From: Gammaproteobacteria bacterium | GTDB taxonomy: Bacteria > Pseudomonadota > Gammaproteobacteria > Eutrophobiales > Eutrophobiaceae | Reading direction: 5' to 3' | Assembly (NCBI GenBank): GCA_965116495.1 | Contig: OZ220696.1 | Location: 2,656,001-2,720,000, forward strand | DNA length: 64,000 bases | Part shown: one piece after another, positions 10,294-18,835 of the stretch | How the letters are laid out: each line of letters opens with the position of its first letter | Numbering within the stretch: position 1 is the stretch's first letter | Notes under the pieces: model-generated | The model's input: only the letters and a program-made list of their open reading frames with translations | Databases searched by the model: none | What the model was told of the DNA's origin: nothing | Position numbers and translations under genes: made by a program

Positions 10294-10408
10294 AACGACT
10301 TGTTACGGCATCTACCTGGGTGACCGGACGGCTCTCTGGGATGATATCCGGGTCATGCCGGTCATTGATCTTCTCAAGGAGCTTTGGGGTGGGGAGATTC
10401 TTCAGTAA
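10280..10408 (+). pseudogene. C-terminal remnant resembling DUF4143 AAA+ ATPase tails
   Basis: Manual translation LGKSKTTCYGIYLGDRTALWDDIRVMPVIDLLKELWGGEILQ*, with no start codon. It begins where ndh similarity stops. Confidence 0.45.
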
Positions 10409-10449
10409 CTGAGTATGCCCTAGGTAACCAGTGAATCGCAGGTTAGCGG

Positions 10450-10740
10450 TCACCTCTCCTTCCAATAAATAGGTTTTCTTCGATTATGAGCAATGGCAAT
10501 AATCAGGATATGATCGTTTTCGATTGTGTATATTATTGAATAAGGAAAACGTGAGACCAGACTCCGATGAAAATTCCCCTGGATAGTTTGCCCGATTTCA
10601 GGGTGTGCTCGGATCCGGTCAATCGAACGCTGAATATCGTCGAGATAATCCATTCCGAGACCAGGGAATTGTTCTTCATAGAACAGCGCTGCTTCGGTCA
10701 TCTCTACTTCCGCAGGGAGTAGATACCGGTAGTTGATCAC
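10450..10740 (-). CDS. RelE/ParE-family toxin
   Basis: AEVEMTEAALFYE...RFPYSIIY...IIAIAHNRRKPIYW. Confidence 0.85.
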   Translation of the reverse strand: MINYRYLLPAEVEMTEAALFYEEQFPGLGMDYLDDIQRSIDRIRAHPEIGQTIQGNFHRSLVSRFPYSIIYTIENDHILIIAIAHNRRKPIYWKER

Positions 10741-10967
10741 TTGAGGCGTTGACGCGCTCGCTGCATTGCTTCGTGCCCCGGAACTACCTTGACTTTGCCC
10801 TGTTGGTAAGCTTTATAACGACGCTCCACTTCCTCAATCCATAATTTTTCTGAGGCTTCGTCATCCACATCATCCAAATCTTCAATCAAAGAACGAACTA
10901 GGTAAGCTTTTTCCTTTGTACTCAAGAAGTGAATTTCCTTTTCTATTCTTTCAATTTCAGTAGTCAT
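10737..10967 (-). CDS. addiction-module antitoxin (TIGR02574-like)
   Basis: LSTKEKAYLVRSLIEDLD...WIEEVERRY...VPGHEAM. Overlaps the toxin start by 4 nt. Confidence 0.82.
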   Translation of the reverse strand: MTTEIERIEKEIHFLSTKEKAYLVRSLIEDLDDVDDEASEKLWIEEVERRYKAYQQGKVKVVPGHEAMQRARQRLK

Positions 10968-11109
10968 GCTCCGATTATACCAACTTCTGTAGCAAAATAT
11001 TTCTGGAACTGTACATTACTAGCCTGCCTTATAACTATAAACGATCCTGGGATACTGCTTACGAGAGCATAACCTGTGGGAAATATGGGACAGTGCGAGA
11101 ATACGATTG

Positions 11110-12681
11110 ATGAATGACCACGACATAATGAAAGAGACACTTTTTGAACTCTCTGAAGATGCTCTCTACGTGGCAAACGGTGGGCATACTTTTACGCGTG
11201 AAGGTGTCATTGGGATTTGTGCGTCCCACCTCAGTGAAAAAAAGAGCAATCACTCGGATGACTATGAGTGCGCAGATAAGGATTTGATCTCCGAGATTCG
11301 GAAAAGTGAGATAGCAGTTTATGACAGGAAAAAGAGTCGCCTTGTAGAAGATGCTAATCAGGAGGAAGAGATCAGTCACGATTATGACGGACGCTTTGCC
11401 TGGGAATTACTCCAGAATGCAGATGACGTGATGGGTTCCACAGGGCGCCAACCTGCGGAATTGATCGGTACCAAGGGGTTGGGATTTAAATCTGTTCTGG
11501 AAATTACTGAAGAACCGGAAATCCAGTCGGATCCATTTAACTTCAGATTTTCTCCCTACGAGACACGGAGACTTTTGAAACGTGAGGGTATTCACCATGA
11601 CCCACCACGACTGACATTTCGCATTCCGCACTCCTGTGAACCGACAGGTAAGGTGTGCGAGTTACTTGATGTGGGCTACAGCACTGTCGTTCGGCTCCCG
11701 TTCCGGGATGAAGTAGCTCGGGAAAAAGCAAAAAAGGTACTGAAAAATCTTGACCCCTGCTTTCTTCTGCTCAGCCAGCAAATTGAAACTGTTCGCATAA
11801 TTCAAGATGGAGTAGAGCAGGTTTTCAGGATTCGGCGGGGTACTCAGGGGCTTTCTGAAGGGCGGGTTGTACTTGAGACTCCCAGCGGTCAAAAGGAATG
11901 GCAACGCTGGGTAACAACTCAAGACATTGATGAAACCAAACGTTTAACAGTTGCTGTTGCTATTCCTCTGAACGAGCACGGAGAAGCTGTTCTCCATACC
12001 AATGAATTACCTCTTCACGTCTTTTTCCCAACGGAAGAACAATCAGGCGTAAAAGCTCTGATTCACGCATCGTTTGACTTGCAACAAAATCGGAAGCATC
12101 TTCGCCAAGGAAATCATGACGAAGTAATACTGGTTCATTTCGGTGACTTATTAAAAAGAGTGATCCTTGATATACCCGCGCAAACAGTACTAAAAGTTTT
12201 CGGCACAATCGACCAGCCTGAGGAAGATGACGGGAAGCCAATAGAAAAAATCAAAAAGGCAATGTGGGAAAAAATGCGGACAACGCCTTTTGTACCTGTC
12301 TTGGGCGGTGAACGAGCATGTCCGCCAGACAGTACATGCTGGAAAGACAAACTCGGTCAAGTGCTGCGGGGGGACGAAAAGGAAATACAACAAGCAGCTC
12401 TGGTTACACCTGCTCTCTCCGATTTTTCCGACGTCTTGAAAAAGCTAGGGGCCTCAGAAATTAAGGATAGTCAATTCGTTCATCTCCTTCATTATTGTCA
12501 CAACGAAGCACTTGATGACTGTATTTCTTCATTTCATGTTTTGCTGGAAGGTGGTTTGACCAAGGTTCAGGAAGACAATGATGAAGAGACCCTGAACCTG
12601 CTCCGCCAAGTTCCTTGTTGGTGGACGGAAGATGGAGAAGCACGGCAACTTGACGCTATGAGTCCCGACGAATTGTGTTAA
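11110..12681 (+). CDS. sacsin/NOV-like GHKL ATPase domain protein (possibly the 5' part of a split gene)
   Basis: YDGRFAWELLQNADD, IGTKGLGFKSVLEI, TVVRLPF, LHVFFPT, LIHASFDLQQNRK. Confidence 0.75.
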   Translation: MNDHDIMKETLFELSEDALYVANGGHTFTREGVIGICASHLSEKKSNHSDDYECADKDLISEIRKSEIAVYDRKKSRLVEDANQEEEISHDYDGRFAWELLQNADDVMGSTGRQPAELIGTKGLGFKSVLEITEEPEIQSDPFNFRFSPYETRRLLKREGIHHDPPRLTFRIPHSCEPTGKVCELLDVGYSTVVRLPFRDEVAREKAKKVLKNLDPCFLLLSQQIETVRIIQDGVEQVFRIRRGTQGLSEGRVVLETPSGQKEWQRWVTTQDIDETKRLTVAVAIPLNEHGEAVLHTNELPLHVFFPTEEQSGVKALIHASFDLQQNRKHLRQGNHDEVILVHFGDLLKRVILDIPAQTVLKVFGTIDQPEEDDGKPIEKIKKAMWEKMRTTPFVPVLGGERACPPDSTCWKDKLGQVLRGDEKEIQQAALVTPALSDFSDVLKKLGASEIKDSQFVHLLHYCHNEALDDCISSFHVLLEGGLTKVQEDNDEETLNLLRQVPCWWTEDGEARQLDAMSPDELC

Positions 12682-13760
12682 ATAAAGTGATGAATATCCA
12701 ATTGCCTAAAGAGGTGTTAATCAAGGCTGTCACAGGCTTGACATTAAAACTCTCCAAGAGCGGGCAGGCGTTAGGTAACTGTCCCGTCCTCTCATGGAAG
12801 GATGAAGAAACAGGACAAATATTGGTTGATACCGAAAATAAATGGCGTGCTCTTGCCCACGCATTAGCACATCGTCTGGACAGACAATACGCAAAGTATG
12901 TAAACGTTCTCGAAGTTTACTTATCAGATGACAGCGACGAAAGTGTTTATGCTCGCGCCCGCGACGCTGGTATTCCCGAAGAGGCGCTGCAAGAAGTGGA
13001 AAACAGTTTTTCATCGCTGCCCGAGACTGAGCCACCAGTAGAGAAAGGAGAGGTAGGAGGCGAAGCTACGGACGATATGGGCAATGGAAGCCCGGCATAT
13101 TCATCCAGACACGATGATGCTACAAGTCAGACCACGGTAAGCGGCAATAGCGGAACTGCAGAAACCGGGATCATTTCAGACTCCAGAGATAAGCCAAAAA
13201 AAGCACGTCAGCACTCAGCAAACGACGAAGGCAGAAAAAGTGACCCGCGTCCTGAAACCGGATTAGACGCTGAGAAATGGCTTGAAAACCGATTGCTCGA
13301 AATTTGGCCACAAAAAGTAAAGAAAGTACACGAAGGCAGGGATTTCACCATTTCATTTGATAGGAAAACGATACATATCGAGGCAAAACACGTCGAGACC
13401 CGGCCGGGAAGTATCCACTGGTCCCAGAGACAATATGATAGATGTAAAAAAGAGAAACCGAATTACTTTATTGCGCTACTGAGTCCAGGAGAGAACGATA
13501 ATAATCAATATGCCATACACTGGATTTGGAACCCATTAGAACGCCTGAAGAAATTGAATAGAAAAGTGACTTGGAGTGGAAAAAGCAAGCCGATGTCACT
13601 CCTGGAGGACAGTTGGGAAATAGAATCTACGAATCCTAAGACACTGGATGCGAAGAATTTCGATATTGAGATAGCGCTAGCCGCTGATGTGTTTGACTCT
13701 GACAATCAGGATGATGCCAACCTGGAGAAACTAAAGGGCAAGCTTAATACGGATGGATGA
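12675..13760 (+). CDS. DUF3883/NOV-C-like PD-(D/E)XK nuclease domain protein
   Basis: Low-complexity linker followed by TGLDAEKW...GRDFTI...IHIEAKH...IHWSQRQY...YFIALL. Confidence 0.65.
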   Translation: MLNKVMNIQLPKEVLIKAVTGLTLKLSKSGQALGNCPVLSWKDEETGQILVDTENKWRALAHALAHRLDRQYAKYVNVLEVYLSDDSDESVYARARDAGIPEEALQEVENSFSSLPETEPPVEKGEVGGEATDDMGNGSPAYSSRHDDATSQTTVSGNSGTAETGIISDSRDKPKKARQHSANDEGRKSDPRPETGLDAEKWLENRLLEIWPQKVKKVHEGRDFTISFDRKTIHIEAKHVETRPGSIHWSQRQYDRCKKEKPNYFIALLSPGENDNNQYAIHWIWNPLERLKKLNRKVTWSGKSKPMSLLEDSWEIESTNPKTLDAKNFDIEIALAADVFDSDNQDDANLEKLKGKLNTDG

Positions 13761-13812
13761 AAATCAAGGGTGGGCATTCGGGTTCCGTATCCCCTTGCTG
13801 CTCGTCAATACC

Positions 13813-14118
13813 TTACTGCAATTTTGTCCCTTGTAGTTCTGAAAGGAAATCTTTTTTGGCTGGCGCCGTATTCTCTCCGACTTGTGACTGGTTATATTGC
13901 TCTTGTTGACGTAACCAGCTTGCTGCACTCCCACCAAAAGTTTTGGAGAGTCGGTGGGCCATTTCTGAAGAAATATCGTTATGGCCGTTCAACAGCCGGG
14001 ACAGGGAATTACAGCTTACACCTAGAATTCGGGCAGCTTCCTCCACAGATATACCCCGCGGGTCAATACAAAGCTCCTTGATTACTTCGCCCGGATGAGG
14101 CGGATTTTTCATCGGCAT
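13813..14118 (-). CDS. higA: HigA-family antitoxin (Xre HTH)
   Basis: [13 protein letters not shown]...AARILGVS...SRLLNG...ISSEMAHRL...SWLRQQ. Confidence 0.85.
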   Translation of the reverse strand: MPMKNPPHPGEVIKELCIDPRGISVEEAARILGVSCNSLSRLLNGHNDISSEMAHRLSKTFGGSAASWLRQQEQYNQSQVGENTAPAKKDFLSELQGTKLQ

Positions 14119-14130
14119 AGCACCACCATT

Positions 14131-14220
14131 CTAATGATAATCAATCAAATCCACGTCCGTAACATTCTCATCAAAGCGAAATACAACCCGCCAGTTATTG
14201 GAGTCATTATACGAACTCAT
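14131..14220 (-). pseudogene. higB: HigB toxin C-terminal remnant
   Basis: Manual translation ...SNNWRVVFRFDENVTDVDLIDYH*, the typical HigB C-terminus, only 29 codons long. Confidence 0.7.
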
Positions 14221-14347
14221 TGCGTTATTAGTTACCTGCGTATCCAATTCTTGGTTAGGAATTCCAGTATCTGTTAGGCTAAGACTATCTGGCTGATACT
14301 TTAAACAGATTGCAACCGAAATATTATTTTATTTCCAGTCGTCGCTG

Positions 14348-14935
14348 ATGGCCGACAATTTACAAAAATCTTCGGTAGAGCAAAGCTTCGCAGAGAACGA
14401 AAGTGCGCTGAAACGCTTTCTTGAGCGTTACTTCTACAGTACACATGATATTGAAGATATATTGCAAGACGCCTTTCTACAAACGTGGATCATCGAAAAA
14501 AAGCAAAAAATTCAAGCGCCTAAATCCTATCTGTTCAAAGTAGCCAGAAATATTGCCTTGAAGGAGTTGAAAAAAAAGTCCAGGCAAATTACTACCTATA
14601 TAGAGGAATTTAACCCCGAGGAACTCGTATGTAATGAAACTTTCATAGAAAATGAGGTTGATTTAAATGAAAGACTGATCCTTTTTGAGAAAGCACTCGC
14701 GACATTACCACCTCGTTGCAGAAATGTCTTTGTGCTACGGAAGGTATTTGGCCTCTCTCAAAAAGAAATTGCACGGCGCATGGATATCTCTGTAAGCACG
14801 GTAGAAAAGCATATTATCAACGGCATACAACGCTGTAACGCTTATATGAATACGCACGGCACTGACGATCTGTTTGGGTCGGCAAAGCGTAACAACCCTG
14901 AAAGTACGATGGACAGTGTGAAAGAAGCGAAATGA
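14348..14935 (+). CDS. FecI-like ECF sigma factor
   Basis: DIEDILQDAF, PKSYLFKVARN, LPPRCRNVFVLRK..GLSQKEIA..STVEKHI. Confidence 0.9.
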   Translation: MADNLQKSSVEQSFAENESALKRFLERYFYSTHDIEDILQDAFLQTWIIEKKQKIQAPKSYLFKVARNIALKELKKKSRQITTYIEEFNPEELVCNETFIENEVDLNERLILFEKALATLPPRCRNVFVLRKVFGLSQKEIARRMDISVSTVEKHIINGIQRCNAYMNTHGTDDLFGSAKRNNPESTMDSVKEAK

Positions 14936-15990
14936 AAAATCTCGTTGAATTTCCGGACCACAAAACCATTGAAGCGGAGGCTGCCGCCTGGATTGCTCGA
15001 CTGGACCGTGGCGGGTTGTCTGAGGAAGAATGCGTTGCGGTACGCGATTGGATTGGTCGCAGCCCGGAGCACTATGCGACAATAAGCCGGTTTGCCGGTA
15101 TCTGGGACGATTTGGACGGCCTTGCTGAAATCCTGGACGAGATGAAACCGCATCCATCAATCCGGGAGGTCCACCGTGGACCACAACCCATAATTCGGTT
15201 TACAACGGCAAGAGTGGGGGTGGTTGCCTCGGTCATCATTGCAATCGTTATCGGCGTTCTTTTCAGCAACGGCGAGAATTTTCGGACGGTTACCACTCCT
15301 GCGTCATCATGGCACGCCGCTTACCTGACAGCTATAGGTGAGCGGCAAACTGTTACTCTTCGGGACGGTTCCCGGGTACTGTTGAATACGGATACAGTCA
15401 TCAATATCGATTTCGATGACCGACAGCGGAAGGTACGTCTGGTTAAAGGCGAAGCCCTGTTCGAAATCATCCATAACCAAACTCGTCCGTTCCTGGTCTA
15501 CGCGGGCATGAATGTTATTCGCGCGGTCGGCACGGCATTTGTCGTCAAACTGATAAAGGACGAAATCGAAGTGACCATACAGGAGGGACGGGTCGAACTC
15601 AAGTCAATTAAGGATGATACGCAAAACCGCGTGGGAAATGAATTGACCATCGCCTCTGCCGTGATCGATGCCGGTCAAACTGTGAAAGTCAATAAGGAAA
15701 TCCAGACCTTACAGGAAATTGAAACAGAAGAAATAGACCGGAAGCTGGCCTGGCGAAATGGATTAATCATTTTCAGTGGCGAACCGCTGGATCAGGTTAT
15801 TGAAGAAATAAGCCGCTATACTCCCGTCAAATTTGTCATTGCTGAACCTGACCTTAACATGCTTCGTATAGGCGGCCGCTTCAAAATCGGCGAAACCGAT
15901 GCCATGCTCGAAGTTCTGGATACAGGTTTTGGTGTCAACGTCAATCGGGTAAGCAATGACTTGATTTATCTAACTGCTGACTCCCAGTAG
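14932..15990 (+). CDS. FecR-family anti-sigma / transmembrane sensor
   Basis: EAAAWIARLD, one TM segment, TAIGERQTVTLRDGS, AVGTAF, AWRNG. Confidence 0.92.
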   Translation: MKNLVEFPDHKTIEAEAAAWIARLDRGGLSEEECVAVRDWIGRSPEHYATISRFAGIWDDLDGLAEILDEMKPHPSIREVHRGPQPIIRFTTARVGVVASVIIAIVIGVLFSNGENFRTVTTPASSWHAAYLTAIGERQTVTLRDGSRVLLNTDTVINIDFDDRQRKVRLVKGEALFEIIHNQTRPFLVYAGMNVIRAVGTAFVVKLIKDEIEVTIQEGRVELKSIKDDTQNRVGNELTIASAVIDAGQTVKVNKEIQTLQEIETEEIDRKLAWRNGLIIFSGEPLDQVIEEISRYTPVKFVIAEPDLNMLRIGGRFKIGETDAMLEVLDTGFGVNVNRVSNDLIYLTADSQ

Positions 15991-16204
15991 TCAAACTATC
16001 GTAATTCGTCATGGACTGTACCGACCCTTATTATCGTAATATTCCTTTCAAAAGTTAGTGTTTCAATCTCACTCTTAGAAATCACAAAAAAATTAAAATT
16101 CCTATGGAGGAATTTCTGCTTTCATGTCTCTTAACATGTGGAGACGGCGAAAAAAGAATGATTGTTTTCATAAACCGGTCTCCCGAAAGAAGAGAAGGAC
16201 GTTA

Positions 16205-18724
16205 ATGGAAAGCAGAGCGTTGCGACGATTACTCGCAACGGTCTTCATTTCGGTTATTGTTATATGTGCCGCATCTACGCTGACAGCCGGTGAGCAGACA
16301 TTTTTGTTTAATGTGCCCAGGTCATCCGCTGATGTTGCGATTAACATCATTGCAGAACAGGCAGATGCGCAGGTCCTTTTCCCATTCGATAAAGTCAAGT
16401 CAATTGAAGCGAACGGCCTCCACGGCGAGTATACGCTGGTTGAGGCGCTGAGATTGGCCTTGGAAGGCACCGGATTGTCCGCCGACTTCACCGATAGTGG
16501 AGCCATCATGGTGACGTTCACTCCGGACCAGTCGAAACTGAACGAGGAGGGTACCGCACCCATGAAAAAAGAACGAAAATCGACTCTGTTGTCAAAAGCA
16601 GCATTATTCTTATTCGGTACCCTGACTTCTGAGGGAGCCATTTCACAGGATACTGTGACAGACCCGGAAGCTCTCGTGTTGGAAGAAGTGATAGTCACCG
16701 CCCAATTGCGTGAGCAGAATCTCCAGGACGTCCCGGTATCGGTAACGGCGTTCAGTGGCGAGGACTTGGAGGATTTCCGTCTGTTTTCTTTACAGGATAT
16801 AGCGCGTTTTACCCCGGGATTTACCGGTTCCAGCTTCAACAACTCAAACCCGATTTTTGCGGTGCGCGGCGCTAATAATACGTTCTCTCAGGCCGGGGCA
16901 AGCAAACCGGTGGGGGTATTTATTGATGAGGTATTCATCCCCAGGAACAGTGCCGCCAACTTTGATTTGTTCGACCTGGAGCAGGTTGCCGTCCTGCGTG
17001 GGCCACAGGGCACCTTATTTGGTAGAAACGTCACCGGCGGCGCCCTGCAAATCACGACGTCCAAACCCTCTCTGGAGAAACCGGAGTTAAAGCTGAAATT
17101 GGGTGGCGGAAACTTGGATTACATCGAAGCTGCCGGGTTGGGTAGTGTGCCTTTGTCTGATAATGCTGCTGGGAAAGTCTCTTTCAGCTACAAAAACAGG
17201 GAGGGTTACATCACGGACCGGTTTAACGGCCATGATTATAATGATATCGAGACCCTCAGCATTCGTGGTCAGTTGCTTTTTGAGGTATCGGATGAACTTG
17301 AAGTAATCGCCTCCGTTGATTACACCAAGGATGATACGAACAGCCGTGGTTACACCCTGGTTTCAAATTCGGCCGGGACGGATTTTTCCGATAACGACGG
17401 CGATATTGAGACCGCGGAACTGGATCTGCCACAGGATTTTGACCGGGAAATCTGGGGGGTGTCGTTACGCGCATATTGGGATTTGGCGCCGGGCACGGTG
17501 TCATCTATTACGGCATACAGGGAATCCGATGCAACGGAGTTCTACAGCCTGGGCGCAGGCGCTGTTGCCTTGCCGACTGTATCGACCCAATTTATTAAAA
17601 ATGAAATTGATGAACCGAAAATGTTCAGCCAGGAGTTGCGTTTTGTCAGCACCAAGGGGGACATATTCGATTATATTCTTGGCTTTTACTATTACACCGA
17701 GGATACGGATCGCGTCGTTGACGACCTGCTGCTTGGAATCAGCGGGTTTGTGACTTTTGTTGACCGCAGCTTTGATGTCAACGTCGACACGGAAAGTTAT
17801 GCTTTTTATGCTGATGCGACAATTCACCTTTTCGATACGGTCGATATAAGTTTCGGTGGTCGCTATACCAATGAAGATAAGGAAGTCACTGTCAACTTTA
17901 CAGACAAGCGCAGGGCTACAAATAATTTTCTGGTAGCGCCACAGGCTGATTTCGATGAGTTTACGACTCGAGTCGCCATTAACTGGGGTGCTACGGAAAA
18001 TATCAACCTGTTTGCCAGCCGTACTGAAGGGTTTACCGCCGGTGGCTTCAACACGGAGACGAATTCGGCAACGGCAATCAACCTTGGTTTCAACCCCGAA
18101 ACGATTACCGCTTACGAGGTAGGCGCAAAGACTCGCTGGCTTGACGACAGCCTGACTTTCAACATCACCGGTTTTATCCAGGATTTTGAAGATAAGCAGG
18201 AAGGTTTTTTCAATGTCGCCGAGCGGTTTTTCAGCATCTTTAATGCCTCGGAAGCGAGTATGGATGGCGTTGAAATTGAAGCTGTCTGGTATCCGACGGA
18301 TGGATTGGCGTTGAATTTCAGTTATTCCTGGCTTGAGACGGAGTATGAACGGTTTGTGATACCCGGGGGCGCCGATTTTACCGGGAACCGGTTACAGACC
18401 GCACCGGAAAATACGGTTTCTGCCGGGTTTAATTTTCGACATCCCATTAAAGATATGGGGAATTTATTGCTTAACGCCAGCTATGCATGGCAGGATGATT
18501 ACTTTACCGGCGCCAGTAACAGCCCGAATTTCCTGATTGACAGTTACGGCCTGGTTAATGCAAGTGTCGGCTTTGAAACCAGTGATGGGCGCTGGCGTAT
18601 CAAGCTCTGGGGCAACAATCTCTCGGATAAGGAATACGTATTGATTCGCGGGACCAGTGGCGCAATTGGCGAATACTATGGGGCGCCGATTACCTATGGC
18701 ACCACGCTGACATTCAATTACTGA
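16205..18724 (+). CDS. TonB-dependent receptor/transducer with N-terminal signalling (STN) domain
   Basis: Signal peptide, STN-like GLHGEYTLVEALRLALEGTGL, LEEVIVTAQLRE, VLRGPQGTLFGRNVTGG, and a C-terminal aromatic strand. Start at ATG 16205 chosen for its RBS. Confidence 0.9.
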   Translation: MESRALRRLLATVFISVIVICAASTLTAGEQTFLFNVPRSSADVAINIIAEQADAQVLFPFDKVKSIEANGLHGEYTLVEALRLALEGTGLSADFTDSGAIMVTFTPDQSKLNEEGTAPMKKERKSTLLSKAALFLFGTLTSEGAISQDTVTDPEALVLEEVIVTAQLREQNLQDVPVSVTAFSGEDLEDFRLFSLQDIARFTPGFTGSSFNNSNPIFAVRGANNTFSQAGASKPVGVFIDEVFIPRNSAANFDLFDLEQVAVLRGPQGTLFGRNVTGGALQITTSKPSLEKPELKLKLGGGNLDYIEAAGLGSVPLSDNAAGKVSFSYKNREGYITDRFNGHDYNDIETLSIRGQLLFEVSDELEVIASVDYTKDDTNSRGYTLVSNSAGTDFSDNDGDIETAELDLPQDFDREIWGVSLRAYWDLAPGTVSSITAYRESDATEFYSLGAGAVALPTVSTQFIKNEIDEPKMFSQELRFVSTKGDIFDYILGFYYYTEDTDRVVDDLLLGISGFVTFVDRSFDVNVDTESYAFYADATIHLFDTVDISFGGRYTNEDKEVTVNFTDKRRATNNFLVAPQADFDEFTTRVAINWGATENINLFASRTEGFTAGGFNTETNSATAINLGFNPETITAYEVGAKTRWLDDSLTFNITGFIQDFEDKQEGFFNVAERFFSIFNASEASMDGVEIEAVWYPTDGLALNFSYSWLETEYERFVIPGGADFTGNRLQTAPENTVSAGFNFRHPIKDMGNLLLNASYAWQDDYFTGASNSPNFLIDSYGLVNASVGFETSDGRWRIKLWGNNLSDKEYVLIRGTSGAIGEYYGAPITYGTTLTFNY

Positions 18725-18835
18725 GGTAGTGACAACGTACGCAACTGCTGTACTTTTATATCGGTAGAGGCAATTATTCCGGGATATTCTCTGTTCCGAT
18801 TCTATTTTTGTCTGTCATACCGGTAAACTTATGCC

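Noticed and set aside
16100-16135. Possible FecI-type promoter (GGAATT...TGTCTC)
   Set aside because: The spacing does not fit convincingly and the match is too degenerate to support.
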